Under the pieces are notes generated by a model. The model made no database searches and was not told the origin of the DNA. It saw only the letters and a program-made list of their open reading frames with translations. From the NCBI GenBank assembly GCA_045577035.1, contig JAZNHQ010000025.1:1-61097 (forward strand): a stretch of DNA of 61,097 bases. Direction: 5' to 3'. The stretch comes from Faecousia sp. (GTDB lineage: Bacteria; Bacillota; Clostridia; Oscillospirales; Oscillospiraceae). Of this stretch, positions 9,625-20,415 are shown piece by piece (positions within the stretch are counted from its first letter, which is position 1; each line of letters opens with the position of its first letter). Both the position numbers and the translations under genes were made by a program.

Positions 9625-9781
9625 AGAATCACCCCAGTGCATTATAAACAATATTTGCAGAAAAGTAAATATACTTTGCAGAATATTAAATGAAAATTAG
9701 TTCAAAAGATAATACAATGATGTTATCACCATAATTGACACAAATTTGCTATCAGATTGGAAACTAACAGGAGGAATCATT

Positions 9782-11476
9782 ATGCGAACACTGCAATATC
9801 AGACTGACCTTTGTGTGGTAGGCGGCGGCATGGCAGGCTTGTGCTGCGCCATTGCTGCAGCACGCCACGGCATCAAAACAGTACTTATGCATGATCGCCC
9901 GGTTTTGGGCGGAAATGCTTCCAGCGAGATCCGTATGTGGATCGGCGGCTGTCACGGTAAGGACAACCGGGAAAGCGGCATTATTGAAGAGATCTTTTTG
10001 GAAAACTTTTATCAGAACCAGGGGCTGAAGTATACTCTGTGGGATAGCGTTCTGTATGAAAAGGCCATGGCAGAGGAAAATCTGACTATGCTGCTTAATA
10101 CAAGCTGTCTTGACTGTCAAATGGATGGCAATAAGATCCTCAGCGTAAAAGGCTGGCAATCCAATGCAGAGACCTTTCATGTGGTGGAGGCTACTTATTT
10201 TGCGGACTGCTCCGGTGACTCTATCCTGGCACCCCTGACTGGTGCAAAATACATGTACGGCAGGGAAGCCAAAAGCGATTTTAATGAAACCATTCCCCCG
10301 GATGTGGCAGACAAGAAAACCATGGGCATGAGCTGCCTGTTCCAGATTCGGGAGACTGACCATCCCGTACCTTACACACCTCCCGCATGGGCATATAAAT
10401 ACGAATCTGATGAGGATTTGCCCTATAAGGATCACCGCAATACCAAGAATAACAATTTCTGGTGGATCGAGATAGGCGGAGAGTGGGATTGTATTCACGA
10501 CAGTGACCGCTGCCGTGAGGAACTCCTGAAGATCTGCTACGGCGTGTGGGATCACATGAAGAATTACGGTGATCACGGTGTAGAAAACTGGGAGCTGGAA
10601 TGGATCGGCTTTTTGCCCGGAAAGCGGGAAAGCCGCCGCTATGTGGGCAAATATATCGTGAATCAAAACGATGTGGAGTCTGAAGGACGATTCGATGACA
10701 TCGTAGCCTATGCGGGATGGACGATGGATGACCATTTCCCGGCAGGCTTCTATTACAAAGAAGGCTATCCCACCATCTACCATCCAGCACCTACTCCCTG
10801 GGGCTTGCCCTATCGGTGCATGATTTCTGAGAATATTGAAAACCTGTGCTTTGCAGGCAGAAATATCAGCGTGACCCATGCCGCCATGAGCTCGTCCCGG
10901 GTCATGGCTACTTGTGCTGTTTTGGGACAGGCCTTGGGTACTGCAGTGGCACAGGCTGTTCAGCAGGGCGTTTCCTTGGGAAATGTAAACATTCCTACAC
11001 TGCAAAATACCCTTATGGAGGACGACTGCTTTATTCCCTGGCATAAGCGTGCCGTGTCTGCGTTGTCAATGCAGGCAGACTGCAGCAGTGATGTTGTCCG
11101 CAACGGCATAGACCGGGGCGAGGAAAACTGTTGGGTTGGCAATGAGGGTGATACGATTGAATACTGTTTTGACCGGGATACGCCTGTTCATACCATCCGT
11201 TTGGTGTTCGATAATGACATGAACCGCAAGTATCACAATATGCCCTGTAACTATCCGCTGGTAGAGACAAGATTCAAGCTTCCTGCCACACTGATCAAGC
11301 AGTTCCGGGTGGAAGGAATCTGCGCTGATGGCACAGTGCATAAACTTTGCGTAAATGAAAACCACCAGCGCTTCGTAAAGCTGCCGGTGGATTGGAATGT
11401 AAAAACTGTACGCTTTGTGCCCATTGCCACCCATGGTAGCGAGCAGTTCAGACTGTTTAGCTTCGAGCTTCAGTAA
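9782..11476 (+). CDS. FAD-dependent oxidoreductase (FAD_oxidored type) with a C-terminal beta-sandwich; substrate unknown
   Basis: DLCVVGGGMAGLCCAIAAAR, DRPVLGGNASSE, FADCSGD, GKRESRR, AGRNISVTHAAMSSSRVMATC; RBS GGAGG before ATG 9782. Confidence 0.88.
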   Translation: MRTLQYQTDLCVVGGGMAGLCCAIAAARHGIKTVLMHDRPVLGGNASSEIRMWIGGCHGKDNRESGIIEEIFLENFYQNQGLKYTLWDSVLYEKAMAEENLTMLLNTSCLDCQMDGNKILSVKGWQSNAETFHVVEATYFADCSGDSILAPLTGAKYMYGREAKSDFNETIPPDVADKKTMGMSCLFQIRETDHPVPYTPPAWAYKYESDEDLPYKDHRNTKNNNFWWIEIGGEWDCIHDSDRCREELLKICYGVWDHMKNYGDHGVENWELEWIGFLPGKRESRRYVGKYIVNQNDVESEGRFDDIVAYAGWTMDDHFPAGFYYKEGYPTIYHPAPTPWGLPYRCMISENIENLCFAGRNISVTHAAMSSSRVMATCAVLGQALGTAVAQAVQQGVSLGNVNIPTLQNTLMEDDCFIPWHKRAVSALSMQADCSSDVVRNGIDRGEENCWVGNEGDTIEYCFDRDTPVHTIRLVFDNDMNRKYHNMPCNYPLVETRFKLPATLIKQFRVEGICADGTVHKLCVNENHQRFVKLPVDWNVKTVRFVPIATHGSEQFRLFSFELQ

Positions 11477-11625
11477 AAGTCTGAATAACTCAGGCAGTAG
11501 CGAAAATCAAACCTGTTTGCACGGTAATATGGTTCTGTGCAGGAAATAGTTGTGTTAATTTTTGAGTATGAATAAAAAGTAGGAAAATATTCTTAAAAAC
11601 TATTCAAACCCAAATCATCGTTAAA

Positions 11626-12405
11626 TTACAGCCGATAGGTGGTCTGACTTCGATATTTGCCCGGGGTAGTACCGGTTCTGCGTTTAAAGCAGTCGGAAAA
11701 ATAGGCGTGGGATTGGAATCCGCAAGCGGTAGCCACATCAGCAATGGATTTTTGGGTGTTCATAAGCATGGCTTTGGCGGCGGTGATTTTGCGATCCATA
11801 ATACAGTCGTGGGGTGTCGTACCCCGAACACGCATAAACAGTCTGTGCAGGTAAGAAGTGCTGACATTACAATACTTTGCCACTTCCTCTACAGTCAGCT
11901 CCTGTGCATAATGGGCATTGATATATCGAATAGCTCTGAATACGATGCGATTTGTCTGACCGGATACACCGTCCGGTCTGACAGCCAGCTCTGACAATTT
12001 GCCGATCAACAGAAGAAGCTTGCTCCCGGCAATCAGGCTGTCCGAGGTTTTGGATGACAAAAACAGCTTGATAATACTGCGAAAAGTATCCTCGTATAAT
12101 GGGTCCTGGGTATGTACCACTGAGGGGATAGAATCCATAACGCGCTTGAAATCGCCAGTAACATCTGTCAGGTGCATGAACAGGCAACAAAAGGGCAGGG
12201 TACAGCTGCGACGATCCCCTGGTTTGGCAACAAGGATATCACCTTTTCGGGTGTGCCAGGTTTTTCCGTTGATTTGTACTGTACCACCGTCTTCGAGCAT
12301 ATATTCCACCTCATAATACAAGACGGTTCTGGTGGGTTCTTCCTCGTCTTCGGTGGTGGCAACAAACAGGCTTGCGGATCGAAATTTGGGCAGTTGATAG
12401 AGCAT
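11626..12405 (-). CDS. AraC-family regulator, divergent from the giant surface-protein operon
   Basis: Cupin-like N-terminus; AAKAMLMNTQKSIADVATACGFQSHAYFSDCFKRRTGTTPGKYR. Confidence 0.9.
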   Translation of the reverse strand: MLYQLPKFRSASLFVATTEDEEEPTRTVLYYEVEYMLEDGGTVQINGKTWHTRKGDILVAKPGDRRSCTLPFCCLFMHLTDVTGDFKRVMDSIPSVVHTQDPLYEDTFRSIIKLFLSSKTSDSLIAGSKLLLLIGKLSELAVRPDGVSGQTNRIVFRAIRYINAHYAQELTVEEVAKYCNVSTSYLHRLFMRVRGTTPHDCIMDRKITAAKAMLMNTQKSIADVATACGFQSHAYFSDCFKRRTGTTPGKYRSQTTYRL

Positions 12406-12661
12406 GTGTTTTCTCCTTTTTAAAACAGGTCAGAAAATCTAAAAAAATGTAATGATATTGGATAGTATTTTGATGAATAATTCGATATTATCATAAGTGA
12501 AAGTGAATGTAAAGTGGATTTTCTTCAGAAAATGCGCAAAGCCGCACTTGTTTTTGAGAATAAATTCTCAAATGGACAAATATGGAAAAACGAAAATTAC
12601 TGATACTTCTTTCTGTTCAGTACGACAAAAAGTAAGTGTCAGAAATGTGGAGGATGCCAAT

Positions 12662-15600
12662 ATGAGAAAATGGAGTATACTTCCCAGATCATTGCTACTG
12701 ATATTGCTAGTGGTGACGAGTCTGCTGGTGATGGCGGCTTGCAGTGATGAAAATGAGTCGGTAGAGGTCAGTAAGTCTGATGCACAGACTTGGCCGGAGT
12801 ATGTTCTGTACTGGAATGTGGATCGGGACAAGCACCGCAGCTCCGACGGTTCTCCTGTAGAGGCTCGCAAACCGGCGGAAGACGGTAATTATCATATCCG
12901 TCTGTTCAAGGACGGCCAGGTTCAGGAATTCCTGGCGGCAGACCGTAAGACGGTCAGTGCCATCGATTCTGCATACCTGGTACCGGCTGTGGTGGATGAG
13001 AACGGAGTCATTACGCAGGTGCTGGATCTGTTTGATCTGAATATCACCTTGCGTGCCATGTATCACTATGTTTATCAAATTGACGGCAATGTGGCGCAAA
13101 CCAACTCCAGCTACCGTTACGACGGTACCGATGATCCTCTGACTATCGAGGAGTATACCAATGTGTACGATATGACCGGTACCTCCGGCCCTGTAGGAAC
13201 AGTTACCAACCTGGTGGAGGATGACCGTGTCATTGGCGTTGAAGATGCCGACGGAAGATTGACGGATGTTTTCGTCTATGTGCGCATGGGTACCAGCACC
13301 CGTATCAAGCGTGTCTGTGAGCATTGTAAGGAAGAAGTGGTCTGGACCCACTGGTATAAGGAAAACGCCGTTCCCGTGACCAACGGACACTATTATTTGG
13401 TGACGGATGTGCAGCTGGAATCCCAGGGAAGCATCAAGTTGGATCAGAAGATTTGTCTTGATCTGAACGGCCACACAATCACAGGTGGAGAGAATAAGCG
13501 TATCTATTCCTGTCACTATGCCAATGCGGAACTGGCGATCATGGACTATAGCCCTGAAAAGAACGGCAAGCTGGTTGCCCGCTGTAAAAAGGATGAAATC
13601 GGCGCACAGGGTGGCTGTGTGTGGATTCGCTACGGCAAGTTTAGTCTTTATGCCGGTACCTTGGATGGCAGTGCCTATACAACCAATGTAAACGGAGCTA
13701 CTGTATCCGTACCGAAGAATGCCCAGTTTGATATGTACGGCGGCACGATCATCGGCGGTCTGTCGATTCCTGTTGTGAGCGAAACCGGCAAGGTTTCCCG
13801 CGGCATGGGCGGCGCCATCTATGTGGGCGGTACATTTAATATGTATGACGGTCAGATCTGCGATGGCTACGCCAAGAGTGCCTTCGACAAAACCACCGGT
13901 AAGTACGCGGTGGGCTACGGCGGCAATGTGATGGTTGCCGGTGGTATCTTCAATATGCATAACGGCACGATTTCCGGCGGCTATGCAGAAGGTGGCGGTG
14001 GTAATGTCTATGTGGTTTCCGGCGGTGAGTTTAATCTCTACGACGGCATGATCCGGGAGGGTACTTCCGTTCGGGAAAATACCAACGGCGGCAATGTGAC
14101 TGTCGCCACCAAGTCCAAAATGCGCATGGAAGGCGGACACATTTGCTTTGGCGTGGCAACGCTTTACGGCGGCAATCTCCGCGTGGATGGCACCATGGAT
14201 ATGCTGGGCGGCCAGATCTACGGCGGTCGGATCTATGATGTCAAAGCCAATGAAATTAAGGAATTTGATCATTCCCAAAATGTATATTTCCCCAGGGGTA
14301 ATTTCAATATGTACGGCGGCCGTGTCTACGGTGGCTTCCTGGCATTGGATGCAGCAGCCAACGACGATCAGAAGCCTGTACTGTTCCTCACCGGCATCGC
14401 TAAGGTTTATGGCGCACCGGAAGGGGAGAGCAATCTAAAAATTTCCACCAATAACGATGGTGTTATTACTAAGGTAGGTAAACTCTACGGCTCTGCAAAG
14501 ATTGGTCTGACAGCAACGGGCCTGTTCTCTCAAAAAACCGCAGAAGCCAATAAGGATTATTTCATCGTAGATTATCCCGGCATTACTGTGGATCATTATC
14601 AGGAACGGCTGTTGGTTGGCCGTGTCGGTTGCTTGTGCATGCAGCAGGTACATATTGGCGAGTGTACCGGTGAGCCTGTGGTTTGGGGCGCACAGATCAG
14701 CAATGAATGGCTTCCCTCCACCTCCGGTTATTACTACCTGGCGCAGGATGTAACGCTGAGCCGTCAGCTGACCCTGGCAGAAAATGCGCATGTGGTCATT
14801 GATCTGAACGGTCATAATATCAGCTTTGACGGTGGTCGAACCATGGCTATTAACAATCCGGGCAGCTTGACCATTGTAGATTCCGTGGGAACAGGCAAGG
14901 TTTCCGCAGTTACGGATAAGTGTGATAACGGTATGGTGGTCAATGTAAACCATGCCCAGGCAGTATTCAATCTGTACGGCGGTGCCATAGACGGCAGCGG
15001 TGTTACCAATGGCAATAACGGTGCTGTGGTCAATGTGGCCGGTACTATGAATATGTACGGCGGCAGTGTTCTTGGCGGCAAGGGCGTCAATGGCGGTACG
15101 GTGCGTGTTTCCAATGAGAATGCAGCATTGAACATGACAGGCGGTACCATTTCCGGCGGCACTGCCCAGCGAGGCGGCGCGATCTTCAACGCAGGTACCA
15201 TCCAGATGCGTGGCGGTGCCATTAATGGCGGCAGCGCAGATAACGGCGGCGCCATTTACAACACAGGCAATGTGATCATCAGCGGCGGTACCGTAACCGG
15301 CGGTACGGTCTCCGGCCAGGGCAGTGCCATCTATAGCGGTAACATTGTAAAAATGACCGGCGGTACCATCGCCCGTGGCGAATACTTAAAGGCCGCTGTG
15401 GTTTATCAGAAGGGTGAAAACGCTTTGTTTGAGATCACCGGCGGTATGCTGGACGGTTCCACAGCAGGCTCCGGCGCACAGATGGGTGCCATTACTGCCT
15501 GGAGTGGCAGTACGGTAACTGTCAACGGCGGAACCATCCAGGGTAACCCCAAGAGTCTGTATGCTTACAGCGCTACCGTCAATATTCAGTCCGGTACGGT

Positions 15601-16885
15601 GACAGGAAATCAGCTGTATATCAGCGGTGATACTGCAGCAAAAATTCCGTCTACAATAAATTTGACCGGCGGCAGTATTCCCAAGGAGATCTATCTGCGC
15701 TACGGCAATGCCTTCGTTTCCGGCAATCCCGTATTGAACGGCTTTAATTGCTATGATGCAGATCAGAAGATTACCATTGCCACCCTGACAGAGGGTGCAG
15801 ATGTGTCAGTCAAGGCGCTGAGTTATCAAAACAAAGTGCATCCTAACTATACACTGACCGATGTGAATGCACTGACATATATGCACGAAGCCACCAATAC
15901 CTATGAGCTTTCCTGGGTAGACGGTGAAGGCCTTTGGATCGGTAAGGTTGAGGAGGATCCCAATTCCCGGAAAGCCTGTGCGGTCTGTGCCGGTGCTTAT
16001 GAGGATTGTGAGCATACCCAGCTGGTGGAGTATACCGGTATTACGACCTTGCCCACCAAGAGCGGCCATTACTTCCTGACTGAGAGCATTACCTTGGAGG
16101 GTCAATGGACAGTACCTGCCAATACTGAAATTGTGTTGGATCTGAACGGCAAGACCATTGAAAGCCCCAAGCGTGCCATTGCTCTGAACAAGGCTGGAAC
16201 CTTGACCATTACGGACTCCAAGGGTAGCGGTGTCATTGCGGCAAAAACTGCCACCAAGGATAACGGCATGGTGCTTAATGTAAACAATGTGGATGCCGTG
16301 GTGATTATGTATGCCGGTACTTTGGATGGCTCCAGTGTAACCAATGGCAATAACGGTGTGAATGTGAATGTGGCCGGTACCTTTAAGCTGTACGGCGGCA
16401 CCATCATCGGCGGCAAGGGCGCTACCGGTGGCTGCGTTCGTGTAAACAATGCTAAGGCTGTGTTCGAAATGTACGGCGGTAGCATCTACGGCGGCAAAAC
16501 CAGCGGCTTAGGTCACAATCTTTACATCAAGAATTGTGAATATGTGTTGCTGGCCGGTGGTCAGATTGCCGGCGGTGTGTACTATGAGGGCGGTGTGCTG
16601 CAGCTGGAAGGCGATATTGTGATCGACAATGCGCTGACTGCTCAGTTTGGCGAAGACCTGTATGTGCCCACCTACAGCCTGAAAATGCCTACCCAAAAAA
16701 CTGCCCAGCTCAGCGGCACACTATCTGCCCAGGCAAGAATCGTCATGAGCCTGGCGAGCAGCTCAGTGGTCGTTCATAATGTGGCTGAGCAGTCCCAGTG
16801 CGAATACTTCTTCCTGACGGATACGGAGTGTGTGCGCACTTATGACCCCGAAGCAAAGACACTCACCTTAACTGCAAAGGAGTAA
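12662..16885 (+). CDS. Giant modular surface lipoprotein (~1407 aa): one N-terminal repeat domain and three Cys-capped Gly-rich beta-helix modules
   Basis: RBS GGAGG then MRKWSILPRSLLLILLVVTSLLVMAAC (lipobox-like); many F(N/D)MYGG.I.GG / GGAIYN / GGNV repeats; recurring G(H/Y)Y(Y/F)L...LDLNG caps. Confidence 0.8.
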   Translation: MRKWSILPRSLLLILLVVTSLLVMAACSDENESVEVSKSDAQTWPEYVLYWNVDRDKHRSSDGSPVEARKPAEDGNYHIRLFKDGQVQEFLAADRKTVSAIDSAYLVPAVVDENGVITQVLDLFDLNITLRAMYHYVYQIDGNVAQTNSSYRYDGTDDPLTIEEYTNVYDMTGTSGPVGTVTNLVEDDRVIGVEDADGRLTDVFVYVRMGTSTRIKRVCEHCKEEVVWTHWYKENAVPVTNGHYYLVTDVQLESQGSIKLDQKICLDLNGHTITGGENKRIYSCHYANAELAIMDYSPEKNGKLVARCKKDEIGAQGGCVWIRYGKFSLYAGTLDGSAYTTNVNGATVSVPKNAQFDMYGGTIIGGLSIPVVSETGKVSRGMGGAIYVGGTFNMYDGQICDGYAKSAFDKTTGKYAVGYGGNVMVAGGIFNMHNGTISGGYAEGGGGNVYVVSGGEFNLYDGMIREGTSVRENTNGGNVTVATKSKMRMEGGHICFGVATLYGGNLRVDGTMDMLGGQIYGGRIYDVKANEIKEFDHSQNVYFPRGNFNMYGGRVYGGFLALDAAANDDQKPVLFLTGIAKVYGAPEGESNLKISTNNDGVITKVGKLYGSAKIGLTATGLFSQKTAEANKDYFIVDYPGITVDHYQERLLVGRVGCLCMQQVHIGECTGEPVVWGAQISNEWLPSTSGYYYLAQDVTLSRQLTLAENAHVVIDLNGHNISFDGGRTMAINNPGSLTIVDSVGTGKVSAVTDKCDNGMVVNVNHAQAVFNLYGGAIDGSGVTNGNNGAVVNVAGTMNMYGGSVLGGKGVNGGTVRVSNENAALNMTGGTISGGTAQRGGAIFNAGTIQMRGGAINGGSADNGGAIYNTGNVIISGGTVTGGTVSGQGSAIYSGNIVKMTGGTIARGEYLKAAVVYQKGENALFEITGGMLDGSTAGSGAQMGAITAWSGSTVTVNGGTIQGNPKSLYAYSATVNIQSGTVTGNQLYISGDTAAKIPSTINLTGGSIPKEIYLRYGNAFVSGNPVLNGFNCYDADQKITIATLTEGADVSVKALSYQNKVHPNYTLTDVNALTYMHEATNTYELSWVDGEGLWIGKVEEDPNSRKACAVCAGAYEDCEHTQLVEYTGITTLPTKSGHYFLTESITLEGQWTVPANTEIVLDLNGKTIESPKRAIALNKAGTLTITDSKGSGVIAAKTATKDNGMVLNVNNVDAVVIMYAGTLDGSSVTNGNNGVNVNVAGTFKLYGGTIIGGKGATGGCVRVNNAKAVFEMYGGSIYGGKTSGLGHNLYIKNCEYVLLAGGQIAGGVYYEGGVLQLEGDIVIDNALTAQFGEDLYVPTYSLKMPTQKTAQLSGTLSAQARIVMSLASSSVVVHNVAEQSQCEYFFLTDTECVRTYDPEAKTLTLTAKE

Positions 16886-16888
16886 ATT

Positions 16889-18310
16889 ATGAAAAGAATA
16901 ATTGTTTTGATTCTCTGCGCGGTTATGCTTTTAGGCTGTGTAGGCTGCAGCGAAGGGGACTCCTCCGCCCAGCAAAACGACCAGGGCAACGGCAGCTTTC
17001 GGGTTGGCTATAGCCGCTATAATATTACCCCGGAGGTCAGTGTCGGTTTGGAAGGATACGGCAATGTCAGTGACCGTATGTCCGACAATGTGCTCAGCTC
17101 TTTGTATTTGACCTGCCTAGCTATTTCCGATGCCAATGGAAATACGGTTCTTCTTTATGGCATTGATGGTACAAACAGTGATTTAAACATTACCAGCACC
17201 ATTCGCAATAAGGTTTCTGAGGCTACAGGTGTGCCCACCGACAACATTATGATTAGTGCTACCCACACCCACTCTTCTCCGGAAATCGAAAATCCTATCT
17301 TTCAGGCATCGATCCTGGAGGGTGCGGTGAAAACGGCGCAAAAGGCACTGGCAGAGCAACAGGAGACTACCATGGAGATCGGCACAGTGCAGACCGAGGG
17401 CCTGACCTTCGTCCGTCATTATGTGCAGGAGAACGGCAATATTGTAGGCGATAACTTTGGCGACAAATCTGCCAGTCCCATTGTAGGTCATGTCCGGGAA
17501 GCGGACAGCGAAATACAGCTGCTGCGCTTTCCTTGTGGGGATGCAAAGGATATTGTGGTCATGAATTTCGGTGCCCATCCTACGCTTACCGGCGGTGCCG
17601 ATAAATATGACATCTCTGCTGACTTTGTAGGCGCCTGCCGGGAAAAGATGGAGCAGGAACTGGATTGCAATTTCCTATATTTTACCGCAGCTGCAGGTGA
17701 TCAGAATGCATCTTCCCGTATTGCGGAAGAACAGAAGTATACAGGCTGGAAGGGTCACGGCTATCAGTTGGCAGAATATGCCATTAATGGTATGGATTCT
17801 TTGACTGAGGTAAAGACCGGCGACATACAGATCATAGAGCAAAAGGTAGAAGCCAAGTATTGCTACGATGACGGTGATCTTTTGCAATATTGCAGCCTGG
17901 TATTCAATGCCTATAACTCCGGCGGTGCAACTGCAGCCAATGCAGTTGGTCGTCCATTGGGCATTAACAGTATCTACCATGCCCGTGCCATCAACCGCCG
18001 CGCTACCCAAAAGGATTTACAGGGTGAAAGCACACAGGTCACCGTGAATACCATTGCGATCGGCGATGTTGCTTTCGTGGTCGCTCCATATGAGATGTTT
18101 AGTATCAATGGCAAGCAGATCAAGGAAAACAGTCCCTATGAAATGACCTTTATCCTGACCCTGGCCAATAGCCACAATGGCTATTTTGCCTCAGATTCGG
18201 CATTTGATCATGGCTGCTATGAGGTGGATAACCGTTACTTTGTCCGCGGTACTGCGGAGCAATTTGCCCAGTGCTTTATTGATATGCTGGCAGAAATGAA
18301 AGAGGGATAA
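16889..18310 (+). CDS. Neutral/alkaline-ceramidase-superfamily metallo-amidohydrolase, lipoprotein
   Basis: Signal MKRIIVLILCAVMLLGCVGC; motifs VGYSRYNITP, LEGYG, ISATHTHSSP, FVRHY, NFGAHPT, ISADFVG, PYEMF, GCYE. Confidence 0.72.
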   Translation: MKRIIVLILCAVMLLGCVGCSEGDSSAQQNDQGNGSFRVGYSRYNITPEVSVGLEGYGNVSDRMSDNVLSSLYLTCLAISDANGNTVLLYGIDGTNSDLNITSTIRNKVSEATGVPTDNIMISATHTHSSPEIENPIFQASILEGAVKTAQKALAEQQETTMEIGTVQTEGLTFVRHYVQENGNIVGDNFGDKSASPIVGHVREADSEIQLLRFPCGDAKDIVVMNFGAHPTLTGGADKYDISADFVGACREKMEQELDCNFLYFTAAAGDQNASSRIAEEQKYTGWKGHGYQLAEYAINGMDSLTEVKTGDIQIIEQKVEAKYCYDDGDLLQYCSLVFNAYNSGGATAANAVGRPLGINSIYHARAINRRATQKDLQGESTQVTVNTIAIGDVAFVVAPYEMFSINGKQIKENSPYEMTFILTLANSHNGYFASDSAFDHGCYEVDNRYFVRGTAEQFAQCFIDMLAEMKEG

Positions 18311-18312
18311 AT

Positions 18313-20334
18313 ATGTCGCGCTATATACCCATGCCGGCTTATCCGGATATGATGCCGGTGGATATTTCCTTTGTGTTTGAAAACGAAAAGCCCGCAGGTA
18401 AACACGGTTTTGTACGGGCAGACGGCCATGACCTGCGCTTTGAAGACGGCACCTTGGCAAAGTTTTGGGGTGTCAACTTCAACGGCGGCGCTTGTTTCCC
18501 GGGCAAAGAATATGCCCGCCAGGTAGCCAGAAGATTGGCACAGGCAGGCTGTAATATCGTTCGCTTCCATCAGCTGGATGCGGAGTGGGATACTCCCAAC
18601 TTGTTTGCCTTTTCCAAGGGAAAACGGGTAACCACTACCCGCAAGTTAGACGAAAGATCCTTGGACAAGCTGGATTATTTGGTCTATGCCTTGAAGCAGG
18701 AAGGAATTTACTGCTACCTGGACATGATGACCTACCGCAAGTTTAAGGAGGAGGACGGTGTACCGTTTCACAAGGACTTGTTGGATGCAGCAAAACCCTG
18801 GAGCATTACCAGTCCTTGCCTTATTGAACTGCAAAAGGAATACGCTACGCAGCTGTGGACACACTTTAACCCCTATACCGGCCTTGCCTACAAAGACGAT
18901 CCGGTGTTTGTACTTACAGAGATTACCAACGAAAACGACTTGTTCGTTAACGCCCCCAGCCGTAAGGTTGACTTTTTAAGAATTCCTTATTACGAGAATG
19001 AATTCCGGGGCTTTTTCCGAGATTGGCTGGCTCAGCAGGGGATCGAGTACGATTGGGAAAACTGCGATCTGTACGCCAAAGATGAGCCTATGCTGCAGTT
19101 TAAGATTTACATCACCAAGAAATATCATAAGGAGATGTATGACCATATCCGCAGCTTAGGGGTCAAGATCCCCATTGCGGGTACAAACTGGGCCCACGGC
19201 CCGGGCTGTGCCAAGACCAATGAGGATATGGACTTTGCGGATAACCACTGGTACTTCTACGACTGGAAATGGGGGAACACCGAGCGGGTTTGCACTCACC
19301 GCAGCATTACTTCTACGGATGTGGTCTCCGGTCTATGCGGTCAGAGATTACCCAACAAGCCCTTCTTCGTGTCGGAATGGGATATGCCCTGGCCCAATGC
19401 CTTCCGTGCAGAAGGCCCCATTTGGTTTGCCGCCATGGGCGCTTTCCAGAATTGGTCTGGCTTCACCATCCATACCTATTCCTACTCCACAAGGCTGGAT
19501 AAGATGGATGTGCTGGGCAGAGAGCTCAGCGCAGCGGTAGGCGGCGTGCCTTACCGTGAGGGTATCTTCTCCACCTGGAACGATCCTGCCAAATTCGGCC
19601 TGTTCTATCATGCGGCGCTCATGTTCCGCAGAGGGGATGTGCGTCCTGCGGACAAAAAAATCGCCTTTAAGGTCACCGATTACAGTAAAACCAATTATCA
19701 AGCAGCGATCTCCGGTATGGAACGGCATCAGATGGCCATTACCTTCGATGACCAATTACCGGAAGGCTACGATGAACTGGTGCTGGATACAGATCTCATT
19801 CCCAAGGAGGATGAGGTTCTGCTGAAAGCGGATCACGGTCAGCTGTGGCGTAACATCGGTCGCCAGATCGGTGCTGTGGATACAGATCGCACCAAGATCG
19901 TCTATGGCTTTATCGGTAAGGGTGGCTCTGCAGCTTCTACCCAAAAGCGCAAGCCGGTATTCATTGACCTGGACGGTATGCGGGTGGATTCTCGTACAGA
20001 CTTTGGCGTAGTTGCTCTGTCCAGTCTAACGGATGCACCTATTGAGGAATCCGACAATATGATGCTGTCTGCTATCGGCAGAGCCCGGAACACCGGCGCT
20101 CAGTTTGATGGCGACAAGATGCTGGATATTGGTCATGCGCCCATCATGGCAGAGGTTGTGGAAGCAGAGGTACAGATCCGCACCAAGCTGGGCGACCAAC
20201 TGAAGATTTGGGGTGTCAATGCCGAGGGCTTCTACTGTGGCAAGCTGCCCACTACCTACGAGGACGGCGTGCTGTCCTTCTATATTGGCGACCAGGCTAA
20301 CCCCGCCTGTTACTATCTGATCGTAAAAGAGTAA
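18313..20334 (+). CDS. Clan-A glycoside hydrolase (GH5-like TIM barrel), no signal peptide
   Basis: FWGVN, GCNIVRFH, LKQEGIYCYLD, NPYTGLAYKDDP, ITNEND (putative acid/base Glu), DNHWY, KPFFVSEW (putative nucleophile Glu). Confidence 0.75.
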   Translation: MSRYIPMPAYPDMMPVDISFVFENEKPAGKHGFVRADGHDLRFEDGTLAKFWGVNFNGGACFPGKEYARQVARRLAQAGCNIVRFHQLDAEWDTPNLFAFSKGKRVTTTRKLDERSLDKLDYLVYALKQEGIYCYLDMMTYRKFKEEDGVPFHKDLLDAAKPWSITSPCLIELQKEYATQLWTHFNPYTGLAYKDDPVFVLTEITNENDLFVNAPSRKVDFLRIPYYENEFRGFFRDWLAQQGIEYDWENCDLYAKDEPMLQFKIYITKKYHKEMYDHIRSLGVKIPIAGTNWAHGPGCAKTNEDMDFADNHWYFYDWKWGNTERVCTHRSITSTDVVSGLCGQRLPNKPFFVSEWDMPWPNAFRAEGPIWFAAMGAFQNWSGFTIHTYSYSTRLDKMDVLGRELSAAVGGVPYREGIFSTWNDPAKFGLFYHAALMFRRGDVRPADKKIAFKVTDYSKTNYQAAISGMERHQMAITFDDQLPEGYDELVLDTDLIPKEDEVLLKADHGQLWRNIGRQIGAVDTDRTKIVYGFIGKGGSAASTQKRKPVFIDLDGMRVDSRTDFGVVALSSLTDAPIEESDNMMLSAIGRARNTGAQFDGDKMLDIGHAPIMAEVVEAEVQIRTKLGDQLKIWGVNAEGFYCGKLPTTYEDGVLSFYIGDQANPACYYLIVKE

Positions 20335-20415
20335 TTCAAATTTGCCTGTGTAAGGATCTGTACGGAGATTCTGAATCGGGCAAATCGGATAATTAAATCG
20401 TTAGGAGGAATCCCA

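Noticed and set aside
12497-12661. 55-aa N-terminal extension of the giant lipoprotein given in the ORF track
   Set aside because: The RBS (GGAGG) and signal peptide fit ATG 12662; the upstream sequence is AT-rich promoter region. Similar start corrections were made for lplA, aspA, both LysR genes, Re-citrate synthase, icd and gltX
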